Shown here: positions 13,671-26,816 of the stretch, piece after piece
Numbering within the stretch: the first letter of the stretch is position 1
How the letters are laid out: each line of letters begins with the position of its first letter
NCBI RefSeq assembly: GCF_006345805.1
Contig: NC_043001.1
Location: 65,038,001 to 65,102,000 of the forward strand
Source: Octopus sinensis
Taxonomy: Eukaryota
Direction of reading: 5' to 3'
Length of the DNA: 64,000 nucleotides
Translations under genes and position numbers: made by a program
Notes under the pieces: model-generated
Database searches by the model: none
What the model was told of the DNA's origin: nothing
What the model saw: the letters and a program-made list of their open reading frames with translations, nothing else

Positions 13671-14211
13671 AAGACCAATCCCCCAAATCATTGATGCTTG
13701 AAGGAGAGACAAAAAGAAATTTTTTTCAGTTCCACATTACTCTTCCTTCCCCCCACCCAAACACACCTACAGTGTCCCTTGAAATAGAAAATAGTCTTTT
13801 ACAATAACATGGTGGACCAGGTCAGTTTGAGCTTCCCTACTACTATAATGTAAACTTTTTTGAACTCATAATATTCTACTGAACTTTTCAATAATTCCTT
13901 CTGGAAACTATCTTTAACATTTTCTTGAGAATGTATATATATGTTGTAATATTTTGTGCCCAATATTTTAATGAACTTGTTAAACTTTTTTATGTTCTTA
14001 ACATGTTCTTGTTACCAAAGAATGTATATATGTATTGTAGCATTTTGTGACAACCAATAATTAACACAACCAATCTTTTACATGTTACCTTTTGACAATC
14101 TTTTTCCAAAGAGTGAAACCAGTAAAGTAAATAAGCATCTTTTAAAATTGCATTTTCAAACCTTCTTTCATATATAATTCCACTCGTGCAGTACCTTACA
14201 ACTCCACTTTG

Positions 14212-14245
<34 letters not shown>

Positions 14246-14929
14246 ATATATATGTATTTGTATCTATGTTAATATATGTACCTGTATAAATTTGGAGTAA
14301 ACATTTTCTGGTGTGGGTGATGGAAACTTTCATCTATCAGGTCCTCAGCTTGTGGATAGGGGAATGGCCTGTAGATATACAGGTTAGCTGCAAATACTCA
14401 AAAAGCAGTCCTGGAAAAAATCAAGGGTTGCCCTTTGGCAAGACATAGCAGCTCTTAGCCACCCTGCCTGGGTCATGGTGAAATCCTGAAGCCTTGAAAA
14501 GAGCAGAAATGGCACTATCGTTGGAAAGGAGGATGATAGTAGGGAATGAAATGCAAAGCATAAAAAAATACTTTTCATTTGGATTTCTTCCCACTTTGTG
14601 GAACAAATTACACTTTTATGAATCTTGGTCTGGGAAACCTGTCAGTTTGATTGACACTGCAATTGTTTATATGACCTGTAACTGTAGATGAGAAATTAGT
14701 AATTGAAAGATATTCTATGACTCACATTAACTTAAGAAATTTACCCTGCATCACTTGTCATGCAGTCAAACAAGGAGCATTTTCTGCTGTAGTCCTGGCT
14801 CTGGCTTAGTGTTCAAAAAATCAGTTACAGACACAAACACTACATAATTTCTGAAGTGCAAGCAAAATACACTTGTCTCCACCTTCAATGTGCACACTCT
14901 CAGAAAACTAAACCAACTCCCAGAACTTG

Positions 14930-17640
14930 TTGCCTCAGCCATCCATCAAGTACAAAATTGATATTATTTGTGAGCAAGACCACAAGCTTTATCATGATAA
15001 TGTTGAGCTGAAATACCATGATGCTGGTAGCAGCATCATGGTATTTCTTCTCAACCTCAGCTTGGAAGATCTACCAATTGTACCTTTGGTGTGTAGGCAT
15101 GCTGCTAAACCTGCTTACCCTCAAATCTTTAAACAGCAAAATGAAAATACATGCAAGAATAAAAACAGTGTCTTTTTAAGGAAATCCAGAAACATCATTC
15201 ACATCTTATTAGTCACCAACAAACACAGTGGACAAAGAGGTTTCCAATTTTTATCAGACTTTCTCCTTATCAGTTGAGACTAATACCAAAGTGCAGGGCT
15301 CTCACAATTGGAGGTGATTTGAATGCTCATGTTGAAAAACCTGTAGCCCATAAATATTCATTCCATACAACCATGAACAGAAATGGCCTATATCTAAATG
15401 AATTTATTTTTGCAAATCAGTTAGTATGTCTAAAAGCCAAATTCTAAAAGATACCCTCTATATATATTTACTTATGCTCATGTCTCAAATGCCCAACGAG
15501 ATTACATGCTAATCAATAAGAAATGGATGAATAGCACCTTAAACACTGAGCCTTACAATACTTTAGAAGGAGTGCGCAGCTACCACAAAATTATCACATT
15601 AAAACTTCACATTAGCCTTAGAGCTAACAAAACCAAATCACCCTCTAGGCTCACATGACTGGTCAGTTTTAACAAACAACGGAGAAATCTGCAACCAATA
15701 CACTATATTAGATAGAAACAGATTTGAGCTGCTACAAAATGAAAATGAAGGAAATTCCTCTAACACAACTTTCAATAGTTTTGTAACACCCAACAGAGAG
15801 GTTGCAAAAGAGATCATACCCATAAAACCTAGAACTAATAAATGTATCCCCAGGGCTAACCAAGAGATAATAAACAAGAGAAAACACTTCAAAGAAGTGG
15901 CCCAAGCTAAAATTATACATCTAAGCCCCTCAAATGAAGCCAATTTCTAAAAGCTACAGAATGAACTAGTAGACCTATATCAATTTGAACAATGAAACTA
16001 CATCCAAAGTAAAATAAATTAAATTAAACATGCTGCTGTAAACAAGCAGACATCACTACCCTGGCAGATAGTAAACAAAATAAGCAAACTCAAAAACTCC
16101 AGTAAGTCAAAAATGAAAGCTAAAAATCTCCAGGAATGTTTAGAAAAGTGGAAGAATCATTTTCAGAATTTGCTTGGGAATATAGCCTAAGTTTCTTATA
16201 TAGATGTAACATCAATTATTGATCACACTGTTGATATCATAACATTGACAAATTGAAAGAAGTCCTTAAAAGTCCTAAAAACTAAAAGGCTGCTGGACTG
16301 GATAACACTTCACCTGAAGTCTAGAAAACAGGAGAATTCAGTGATATTCTGTCAGGTTTCTGCAATACAGTCTATAATGGTGACAACATTGATAGACAGA
16401 CTGTATACTCCCATTTCCAAACAAAGGTGATTTGGGTCTCACAAAGAACTACTGAGGCATCACTCCTACATCAATCACTGCAAAAATTTATAATTCACTT
16501 CCACTCAACAGGATACAACCAAAAATTGAGAAAGTTTTGAGAAGAAATCAAATTGGCTTCAGAAAAAATAGGTCAGCTATCAGACAAATACTTACAGTTT
16601 ATCATCTACTGGATGGAGTAAAATTCAGAAATCTTGAAGCAGTATTACTATGTGTTAATTTCTCAAAAGCTTTTTATTCTATCCACTGTGGTAAAATGGA
16701 AGAACTACTACTGGCCTATGGTATCCCTGAGGAAACAACGGCAGCAATTATGATGCTCTATAATAACATAAACCTATGGTAAGATCCCCAGATGGTGATA
16801 CAAGTTTCTTTGATATCAGAGCCAGAGTACTCCAAAGGGACACATTGGTATCTTTTCTCTTTGTGATCTCTCTGGATTATGTCCTCAGAACATCACTTGA
16901 CAATCTAAATAGTCTTAGTTTCACACTTGCGAAAAGAAGATTGATTGGACATCCAGCTCAAAAAATAACTGATGTAGACTATGCTGATGATTTAGCTTTG
17001 ATGCGATATCAGACTCCACCCAATTACTTCATAATCTAGAATTAGCTGCACATGATGTTGAACTACTTGTTAATTCTAGTAAAATCAAACTCATTGCTCT
17101 CAATCAACAAGGACCCATCACCAACATCAGTGGAGATCCCATCTGTTAAGTTGATGATTTAACGTACCTCTGTCCTGTAACCTCAACTAATAAGGACATA
17201 AAACCTTAGACAGCCAAAACATGGTTGGCCCTAAACAAACTGGATTTTATCTGGAAATCAAACTTGTCAAACAACCTTAAGAGGAATTTTTTCTGAGCAA
17301 TGGATGAGTCAGTCCTTTTATTTGGAGCCTGGATGCTTATCAAAATTCTGGCATTCAGTCTAGATGGAACTTACACCTGAATGTTAAGAACAGTCTTAAA
17401 TATATCTTGGAGAACTCATCCCACCAAGAAACAGCTGTATGTTTCCAACATTATAAGGGAAATGTGCTTGCACTTTGCAGGATATTGCTGGCAAGCTAAA
17501 GAAGAGCTTGCAAGTCACCTACAGCTATGGATGCCAAGTACCAACTTGAGCTGGTTGTCCAAACACAATGTATGTAGTTCAACTCACCAGGTACACTTGA
17601 TACCTCTCTGAAGACCTCCATTAACTAATGTAGAACTGAG
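14930..17640 (+). mobile_element. Decayed RTE-X-like LINE (APE endonuclease + RT)
   Basis: EN CEQDHKLYHDNVELKYHDAG, GGDLNA; RT NQIGFRKNRS, FSKAFYSIH, VLQRDTLVSFLFVISLDYVLR, DVDYADDLAL; C-terminal LHFAGYCWQ. Confidence 0.8.
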
Positions 17641-18094
17641 ATGGATGGTGTATGCAGGTTAGAAATGTCTGAGCAAGCTTGACAAGAAGATGTTAAAACA
17701 GCTGAGTGCTGAGCATGCTGCTGTACTCCATCACTGAATTCAGGAGCTGATGTCTCATCAGACAGTGAAACAGCTTTGTAATGTGAAAACAGACAGTGAA
17801 AACAGCTTCCACCATGACACCAGAACTGCCTGGGGCCACCCACTGATGTAGGTGAAAAAACTCCCACGCTCATCGCAAGCTTTGCTGAGTCAAAAGTTTG
17901 TAACTCTGGGCCAGCTGTTTCTACCATCTTCAATTGCTCATTTTTGCTGCATCATTTGTCCTCTCTCTCAAGCTAGATGTAATGGTCTGCTTTCTCGGCA
18001 GCTTCTGACAATTTTCTGGCAACATCTTTTCTCTCCTTCACAAGTCCAAGACTTTCGAGTATTGAGTGAATCTTGATTCCATAAAATATATATA

Positions 18095-18276
18095 TGTATA
18101 TATGTATCTGTGTGTGTATGTACTTGTGTGTACTTATACAAACACATACATACATACATATGTACATACGTACATATGTACATGCATACATAGGTACATA
18201 CATACACTCATACGTATGTACATATGTACATACATACATACATACATACAGATATATGCACACACACACACACACA
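18095..18276. repeat. (TACA/TATG)n and (CA)n microsatellite
   Basis: Read directly from the sequence. Confidence 0.9.
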
Positions 18277-19495
18277 TGAGGGGTGCTGAAAAGTTCCTGT
18301 CTTTGGATCAGTTAATTATGATTTCATTCAACATATTCGTCTCTCAGATTCACACATTGCAGTGGTCCTTCAGTCTTTCTAAGCCCTATAAAAAAAAATT
18401 GGAAGGTTGGGCCTCCAACTAGGCCTCTGTAGCAGCAATCACTTCCAAATCGGAGTTAAATTTCATTTCCTTGAGATGTTTTTTCCATTGTGGAAAGGGG
18501 TGATAGTTAGAGGGGGACAAGCTTGGAGGTAATAGTTGGAGGAGATCAAGTAAGGTGGGTGGGTGGTCTACCATTTTGAAACCAAAGTTGTTTATTTTTC
18601 ATAGAGTTTCATGTGCTATGTGTGCTGGTTCATTGTCCTGCAAAAACAGGACACCATGACCTGGCTTTCCATGGCGTTTCTACTTCAAAGCTTCTTCCAC
18701 TTCATCCAACAGAGATGTAATATTCTGTGTTGAGGGTGTGACCCTTTGGCAGGTATTTTATGAAGAGTCTTCTGTCTTTGTCCCAGAACACTGAAGCTAA
18801 AATCTTTTCAGCTGACTTCTGGTCTGAAACTTTTTGGGAGGCAGTGAACAACTGTGGCATCACTTCATTGAGTGCTGTTTCGTCAGCAATCATAAGGATG
18901 AAGCCATGTTTCATTCATGGTGACTAAACAAGCCATAAAATCCGCCTCTCCTGCTGCAAACTGGTCCAAAATTGCCTTTGATGTCATCACTCTGATGCAC
19001 TTCTGATCTGTGTTGAAATATTTCAGCACCCATTTTGTGGAAAGCTTTCTTATGTCCAGAATGTTGTGGATGATGCAGCCAACTCTTTTGTGGGAAATCC
19101 CCAGAGCCTCAGTTATGACTTTAGTTGAAATCCAGCAGTCCTTGAGAATCATGTGCATAGCATTTGCTTTGTCCTATGTGGTTGCAAGAGTTGGCTGTCT
19201 TGACCAGGGTTCATCTGTGACCTCGGAATGACTAGTCCAAAACCTTGACACCCAGATTTTCAATGAGGAGTAAGATGGGTAGCTAACCTTCAAGACCTCC
19301 TTCATCTTGCTTTAGATTTCTGTTGCTCCTGTGCCTTGCAAAAAGGAACTTCATGACCACCTGAGCTTCAATTTTACTAAAATCTACTGTAGGATCTGCC
19401 ATCATACATTAAATCTGCCAATCATCCCCTCATAAAGGTAACAGCTCTACCCTTTTGTGATACCCTTAAAGCCAGGATCTTTTCAGTACCCCTCA
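18277..19495 (-). mobile_element. Full-length but decayed mariner
   Basis: TIRs TGAGGGGTGCTGAAAAGTTCCTG / CAGGATCTTTTCAGTACCCCTCA followed by TA. Transposase fragments RKLSTKWVLK, LVTMNETWLHPYD, ASVFWDKD. Confidence 0.88.
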
Positions 19496-19560
<65 letters not shown>

Positions 19561-19627
19561 GAGTAAACACATAAATGTGAAACAAGGTGGGAAAAGAGTA
19601 CTCAAATACTAGTGGTAGAGTAATATG

Positions 19628-19760
19628 CTTTATTTAAAGCAGCGGAAAATTCAACAAAACCTGTTACTCTGAGTTTCACGTCCCCGTTCGTTGGACAGTT
19701 TTCTAACAAAAACTGTCCGACGAACAGGTTTTGTTGAATTTTCCGCTGCTTTAAATAAAG
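19628..19760. repeat. Fold-back (38-bp perfect arms plus 17-bp inner hairpin) between (TA)n tracts
   Basis: 19628-19665 is the exact reverse complement of 19723-19760; 19686-19702 pairs with 19708-19724 with one mismatch. Confidence 0.9.
19661..19698 (-). ncRNA. Type-I hammerhead ribozyme motif, core degenerate
   Basis: Minus strand: CTGT-CCAACGA-ACG(GGGA)CGT-GAAA-CTCAGAG-TA-ACAG. Stems I, II and III all pair; core CCAACGA departs from CUGANGA at two positions. Confidence 0.7.
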
Positions 19761-19793
<33 letters not shown>

Positions 19794-20495
19794 GTACGTA
19801 AGATACCTAGATGTGCGTCTGCAAAAGTTGAGGTGTTCTGTTTTGTATTTCAATGAGATTTGTCTTGGAATGATATAAAATGCTTTTCACTCAAGCACAA
19901 TGGACATCTCATAAAATTTCAGTGTAAGCTATGCCTGTAAGAGTTAGCTTTCTCTAAAATATCTTAAATGGGGTAGAGCCAACTTCTTTTAATTGCCATA
20001 TGTGCTTAGCTAGGCTCATTGCCAACCTGTACTCAGGATATTTGAAGGAACTTCTGTGTGAGTTAAGTCTTATTTTGAAACTGTTTTCTGTGATACCAGT
20101 ATAAGTTTTGTATGTAGGGAAGTTGTTAATTTGTATCTTAGCTGTGTATTATGTGCTTTCCACCATGTTACATTAATCTCTCCCCTCCCACAATAAACTA
20201 AACTACATCTCATCATGCACTACTGTCTTTCTACCTTACCCCCTGGTCCTCAACACCACTTTGTCATATCTCTCTCTCCTGTCCTCACCTTGCCAGCTAT
20301 GTCATTGCTATTCTGCCACTTCCTTATATACCCATGTTCACCACTTATGCACTCCCCTTCCGTCCCCTATATCTTTTACTCTCATTTTACACTCTCATGA
20401 ACTCTTTACTTGCTGACTCTCTCTAATCCTCTGTACTACTCCACTTAAATTCACCTCCTTATACCTTGAGGGTATGGTTTGGCACACCTTCGCCA

Positions 20496-20548
<53 letters not shown>

Positions 20549-20719
20549 TCTCTGACTGGGGAAGCCATGTATTGCATCTACAGCAAGACACCTGTTTCTG
20601 TCTTTCCATTATTGCTTAACCTCTCATCACCTGGCTAGAAGCCTCTTCTCTCAATACTACTACTCCCTCAGTTGAAGAGTCTTTATCTTTGTCTCGTACA
20701 TTGCTTATCTTCCAGTATA

Positions 20720-21120
20720 GGTGCAGGAGTGGCTGTGTGGTAAGTAGCTTTCTAACCAACCACATGGTTCCGGGTTCAGTTCCACTGCGTGGCATCTTGG
20801 GCAAGTGTCTTCTGCTATAGCCCCGGGTCGACCAATGCCTTGTGAGTAGATTTGGTAGACGGAAACTGAAAGAAGCCTGTCGTATTTATGTATGTGTGTG
20901 TATGTGTTTGTGTGTCTGTGTTTGTCTCTTTAGCATTGCTTGACAACTGATGCTGGTGTGTTTACGTCCCCGTCACTTAGCGGTTCGGCAAAAGAGACCA
21001 ATAGAATAAGTACTGGGCTTACAAAGAATAAGTCCCGGGGTCGATTTGCTTGACTAAAGGCGGTGCTTCAGCATGGCCGCAGTCAAATGACTGAAACAAG
21101 TAAAAGAATAAAAGAATAAA
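20720..21120 (+). mobile_element. Full-length tRNA-derived SINE
   Basis: Head TGGCTGTGTGGTAAG...GGTTCAGTTCC, internal (TG)n, conserved 3' half ending in an (GAATAAAA)n tail; related fragments occur elsewhere in the window. Confidence 0.85.
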
Positions 21121-21299
21121 TAATACTCTCTGTAGCATTAGAAACAGTATTCAGCTGTAGTAACTATGCTGAAGCAGGCAAAAGAGCATGATACAGTCCT
21201 TTGGCTAACCAGCTTCTGTCAAACCATGAAGCCCATGCCAACATGGGTTCGATGATTTGACATCCATATTCCATGCTGGCATCAGTTGAACAGTTTGAC

Positions 21300-22170
21300 A
21301 GGAACTTGTAGTGACGCCAGGTTCCAGACGCCATTTTGAGATTTTCATCTGCGCATGCGCAAGGATTAGTGTCTTCCAGAAGGCCTGCCGGAAGTCTCTG
21401 ATGTGCAGTAATCAGCAGCAGCTAGCCTTTACCACTATTCTTCCTTTTGCTTCCTGCTGCTGACAGAATCAGACGCGACCAGATAAGCTCCATTGAAGGC
21501 GAATACGACTTGGCGAGCTGTGAAGAATGCTTTCAACAATTGTGATTTAAACCGACTCTGCAGTTTCCATCCCCCAAGCGTCTAGGCTACTGATGTCCAG
21601 AGATGAAATGCTTATTTCGGCGAAAATAAATTATTATTGTTATTCGTTCGGAGATTCGTGTTCCTGCTATTTTTTCCTTTCTACAACTATGTAAGGAAGT
21701 GTGAGGCCCCTAACAAGTGCCAACATCACATTCTACTACAACTGATGAGAACTGCATCAAGCCTCAGTGTCTGCTTTGACATGGTTTGTATAGCTGGACT
21801 AGCAGTATCGCCTGGTGTTGCTCGGGTTTGTAAGGGAAATAACTATAAAGCATCTTTAGAGAGTTATAGCCAAAAAATAGCAAAAAAATGGGAAAAAAAT
21901 TATGGTAAATTTTTTTGAGAGTTAAAAAGGTCGAGTCGCGTCCCCAAGGCAGTCTGTGGTTTGTGTTTCTGATTCTCGACCCCATGTTGAATTTATCAAT
22001 TTTTTTCAGAACTGGGGGAACTTTTCAACGTTAGTTTTGAATTATGACATTGGGCTATGTGTGTGTCAAGTTTCATCAGAATCGGTTGAAAGCCGTGGTC
22101 AGGGTGAGGGTACAACCTAACAGACACACAGACACGCAGACAGACAAACTGCCGTTTATATAGAGAGAGA
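21300..22170. mobile_element. CpG-rich interspersed repeat, possibly a non-autonomous Helitron-like element
   Basis: Ends in AAGTTTCATCAGAATCGG...ACAGACACACAGAC...TTTATATAGAG, a pattern typical of microsatellite-bearing Helitron derivatives. The family call is inference. Confidence 0.35.
21329..21361. promoter_or_regulatory. Adjacent YY1-type (CGCCATTTT) and NRF1-type (TGCGCATGCGCA) motifs
   Basis: Exact motif matches at 21329-21337 and 21350-21361 in a locally CpG-rich patch. Function is untested. Confidence 0.35.
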
Positions 22171-22384
22171 TGCCTTTGCTAATGTCAACCATTTTACAGA
22201 GTGAACTGGGTACTGTTTTTCATGACACTTTTATCAGTGAGGTTACTAAGTAACTTGCAAGACATGACCCCTCAACTAAGTGGAGGCATAGTATTGAGGG
22301 AGGTGAAAATATAGAGGAACAGCAACAAGTATCTTGTTAAAGAGAAGATACATAACTTTAACATTAATCTATTATTGTTTACAG

Positions 22385-22572
22385 CCTACCTGAAAACTCC
22401 TGATGGAAAATATACTGAGAACTGGATCATTGGAGTTGTTCTTGGATCGGTTGCTGTAGTTCTCCTTTTCATGTGGTGTGTTCTGTTTATCTTCTTTAAA
22501 TGCTTCCGACACCCACCTCTGAAGATTCAAGAAGTAAAACCTATCAACTCCTGTCTTGCTTCTTCATTACAG
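22385..22572 (+). CDS. KIAA1549-like: Exon 3 in window, KIAA1549-like: transmembrane helix
   Basis: Acceptor ttgtttacag, donor CAG|gtattt, phase 1 to 0. (A)YLKTPDGKYTENWIIGVVLGSVAVVLLFMWCVLFIFFKCFRH... gives a 25-aa hydrophobic run followed by basic and Cys residues. Confidence 0.85.
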
Positions 22573-23399
22573 GTATTTTTTTATATTTATTGTTTTTTTT
22601 TTTATTGGACTCAGAGTATGAAATCAGAGGAAATAGTTTAGACCGGAGATAAACACCTAAAAGTTCACTCCCAACATTCAAATATCCTGAAGATTCCTGT
22701 GATGCCATTAGACTAAAATCTCAAACAAATATTTGGAATTTTCTGATAATCTTGTTTTCAATTAAAGTACTAAACTGGCAAAATGACCATTCCTAAATAC
22801 AACAACATACTAAATTATAGTTTTTTACATTATGTCAAAGAATTTAAGATTATAATTAATTGAACTTTTAAAGTTCATCTTCAGGGATGGAAGATTTTAG
22901 TAATATTTACATTAACCTGCATTTCTTAGCTTGATCTCCAATTATTCTCAGGTGTCTTATATTCCTGAATATGTACATTGTATCAAAGAATTAGTAATTT
23001 TATGTGGGAGATACAATGTAATACAGCTTATAATGAATACAGGGTGGAGAATGAAAGAGGTGCAAAATGGTCTTTGATTCTACACAAGGAAGAAATTGTT
23101 CAGGAAAAAAATCTGCAGAGAATGAATATATACATAAATATGTTGTCATTGAAACCCATCCTATCAATAACAAATAAATATTAACCCAGACTGATCTGTG
23201 ACAATCAATACAACCATGACGTTGCCATTTCCCCCCCTCATATTTAGTACTACATATCCTTCTATTTTCTTAAGACAGTAGGATGTGCTATGAGGGAGAT
23301 TTAGATGTTCTTTCTAGCAAGTCAAGTGAAATTTCCTTTTTGTCTTAATTACTTCCATCTTAATGGAATCTTGGTATTAATTCATTAAAAACTTGGCAG

Positions 23400-23584
23400 G
23401 AAATCAAATGCAACCCAGAATTGGTGCCAGAGGATTTAATATCAAAGAAAGAAAACCAAAGATCTCTTGAGGAAAGAGACAGCCTAAAGAACCAGAATGA
23501 AATTGAGAAACATTATGTGAAAATTCCACTTGAAGAAATGTCAAAGCCAAAGAATATCAAGAAAAGTTCCAATAAAAAATCTTG
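23400..23584 (+). CDS. KIAA1549-like: Exon 4 in window, cytoplasmic tail
   Basis: Acceptor acttggcag, donor TG|gtcagt, phase 0 to 2. Open frame EIKCNPELVPEDLISKKENQ...KSSNKKS; phases match both neighbours. Confidence 0.7.
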
Positions 23585-25474
23585 GTCAGTAAAAAGGAAA
23601 TATTTATTGACATTTTTTAGAATTTTAATTAATCTAAAATATATGTATGAATAACTGTAGATTATTTCTAAATCTGAACTTAATTAAAGTTCTATTATGA
23701 ATACTTTGAATTCCTTGATGCGTATATTATATATTCATATAGGATACTTTAGACTAATAAAAGTAAAATATAATGATGTCTTTGAATAATTCTTTCAGGT
23801 TTTGAATATATATTATCTTAGATGATAGTTTGTACCAAATATTTTAGTTGTATGAAAATAAAATGTAACCAAAACAGGAAAATCAAACTAAACATCTCCA
23901 TGGAAGTTCATGAGATTACAAACAAATAAAATCTAAAATCCTATGGATTAGTTAGTTGATGATAAATTTTTACTTAATTTCAGCAAACATGCCTACAAAA
24001 GCTTGAATAAAGCAAAAACAAATAACACTGTTTATGTTCAGTGGTTTGTGTGGAAATCTTTTCATTAATATTTCATAATTGAGTATCAATTAGAATTACT
24101 TGAAATGTAAGAGTTGTATTGGTTATTTCTTTGAATGACTTGTACTTGTTGATTAAATATATTAACCATAGCTAAGTAAATTGCTACATTGCTATGTAAA
24201 TTGCTGCATTGCTATGTGAATTGCCACTTTCACTATAAAACCAATCTTCTCTGCTTCTAATTCACAGTTTCATGGCTTGTGTATATTAACGTTTCTATAA
24301 GCCTTCAGCTATTTTTGTATATATTTTTTTAATCCCCACTAATCTTAGCCCCTTCCGGCTTATTTCAATTGTATCCACTGCCAGGGGACTCTGACATCCT
24401 GCTGCTAGTATTGGACTTTGACATGAACTTTAAATATATAATATTTTTAAAATTTTTCTCTGCAGTTATTTATTTATTTATTTATTTATTACCTTATGGC
24501 ATTTACTGTCAATTCATTGATTAGTGGTCAGAATAAGTATGTTGTCAAAACTGTCATTTATGAGACTAATGTTTTGAATGGAGAATTGATTGCTATAGCA
24601 GATAATTGAACTTATTAATGTAGGCCACCACTCTAAATATCCACAGCCTTCACTGATTCAGTGTAGGTGGATTGGCTTTAAATGGGATATGGCTTGGCTT
24701 GCAAAGACTGGCTTTGAATAAGATGTGGCTTGAGTAGGAATAGATGATGATTGTGGATCAATGAGGGCTAAACTAGAGGAGATGACTATGGCTAAAATCT
24801 ATTGATTCAAATATATGTATGCAAATTTGTTGAGCTAAATTTACAAATCTATTGGACTAAATATACAAATATATTGGATTAAATAGGGTTTGTCAGGTGC
24901 ACTAGCTAAACTGAATACAGTAGGTTCAGAAACTGCTTGAGATCTAAAATATTGTCTTGAGAAGTATAAGGAAAATATACATCATAGTGAAAATGGACGA
25001 TGTATATTAAGAGAAATGTCTTGAAAAAGCAGTTGATATCACAAAAATCTAGCAGCATACTGTATGAGATCACAAAATATATGACGTGGACTGTAGAAAG
25101 TCACAAGTGTACTAGTCACAAAAATTTACAAGTAGATTATAGAAGGATTGGGGTTAATAATCAGAATAGATAAGTTTTTCTCAATACAATGTTGAGCTGC
25201 ATGGAAGAATAATGCATGAAAAATTTATCCATGAGGAAGATGATGTTTAAACAGCTGTAATCATCTCACCAAAATCTAGAATATTCCAAGTCAAGTGATA
25301 TTATCAGCTGTAGAAGTTTCATTATTGCTGTCAAAACAAAGAAGAAAAAAATCTCTAAGATATTGACTTGTTAGTTGAAATAATAAGAAATGGTTTGTAA
25401 GTTCTTTCATAAGTGTTTCTGTTTAATTTCCTACAAATCTGTAATTTTACACTTTTGTGTTTTCCTCATTTCAG

Positions 25475-25560
25475 TAAAATAGTTTCTGAAGAACAAGAGG
25501 TACCAGTTAAAAATAAAAAGCTAAAGGCAAAGTTGGCCCAGTCTGTTGGTTCAACAAAAG
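25475..25560 (+). CDS. KIAA1549-like: Exon 5 in window, cytoplasmic tail (not in ORF track)
   Basis: Strong acceptor tttcctcatttcag, donor G|gtaaca, phase 2 to 1. (C)KIVSEEQEVPVKNKKLKAKLAQSVGSTK. Confidence 0.7.
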
Positions 25561-25962
25561 GTAACAAACATTTGTAAAATTAGCAGTAAATTAATCTCAA
25601 GACATTTGAATGAATTGACCAACAAATGTGGTTTCAAATGTTGCTACATCAATGCCAGTATACTCACCTGAATGCTTAGCTGTTAATAGACCAAGAACAG
25701 TGAAAACATTTTCAATGAAAAATAGAATATTGCAATACAAATGTATTACTTTTCAATAAAATAAAGCACCATAAAGGTAGAAGTATAAATATAGAGGCGT
25801 AGTACAACAAAGCACGAGTGTTTACTGGAAATAGCAGCCGATACATTTACGACACTATAGTAAAGCTTCAATGTGTATATACATGTGAGCACAGCGAACA
25901 TAAAAAATTTTGTTTTACCTCAAGGAAGAACATTATATAAATGGACAACCCAGAATCAGATA

Positions 25963-26035
25963 ATCCAGTACCTAGATTTTAGACTCTTCAAATACATTTG
26001 TCATTGTAAATTTGATTAGTCTTCATCAGCTGGAT
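25963..26035 (-). ncRNA. Type-I hammerhead ribozyme motif with G12>A
   Basis: Minus strand: ATCCAG-CTGATGA-AGACT...AGTCT-AAAA-TCTAG-GTA-CTGGAT. 6-bp stem I, long stem II, near-palindromic stem III (consensus would be GAAACCTAGGTA). Confidence 0.8.
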
Positions 26036-26043
26036 TTACCTGG

Positions 26044-26131
<88 letters not shown>

Positions 26132-26740
26132 TTTTTTAAAGCCTGGTGCTTATTTTCTTGATCACTTTTGCTCAACTGCTTGTCAAGTGGTGGTGGGGCA
26201 CAAACACAGACACAAAGACACACACATAGTATATACACACGCACATACACATACACATACATATATATGGTGGGATTTCTGTTTCCATCTACCAAATTCA
26301 CTTGCAAGGATTTTGTTGGCCTGAATCTAGTTATATGTTTTATGAAAATATATATTTGTTATTTATGTTTTTGTTTATGTCTATCACTGTTTGAGTTGCA
26401 TAATAGTGGTTTTATCTCTGATTTATGTTTATATATATATTTATTTAAAAAAAGTTTTATCTAGTTTTAGCTCACGAGCTGTGGCCATGCTGGGGCATAT
26501 ATATATATAAAATATGAAGGGTTTTGTTCATTTGTGATCTAAATGAATATGTACGATGGGTAATTGCTATAATTGGTCGACCATTAGGTTCCAAGATCAC
26601 AGCTAAGGCTGGATCTAGGCATCTGTGTTAGGTTTCCGTTATAGTGTGTATATATTATATTAGAGGAAAAATCAAAACCAAGGCAGAATGAGTATCTCAA
26701 GTCATTTAGAATAATTTAAATAGGGTAAGGTGAATTTGAA

Positions 26741-26816
26741 GTCTTACAGCTGTTTCTAGTATTACCCAAGTGGTTGGTTAGCATGTTCATGCACTGGGTA
26801 TTCCATCATCAGAGAC
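26741..26816 (-). ncRNA. Type-I hammerhead ribozyme, full consensus core (PLE pLTR copy 1)
   Basis: GTCT-CTGATGA-[~12-bp stem II]-GAAA-CAGCTG-TA-AGAC. Confidence 0.88.

Noticed and set aside
11772-13807. Dozens of overlapping His/Thr- and Val/Cys-rich ORFs
   Set aside because: They are translations of (CA)n/(TG)n satellite in all frames, with no coding signal.
14927-15277. 116-aa ORF as a host exon
   Set aside because: It matches the RTE-X endonuclease N-terminus, and exons 2 and 3 already join in phase.
24660-25140. Weak short-period repeats (TGGCTT..., TCACAAAA...)
   Set aside because: Too degenerate to define a unit; not a CRISPR-like constant-repeat and spacer pattern.
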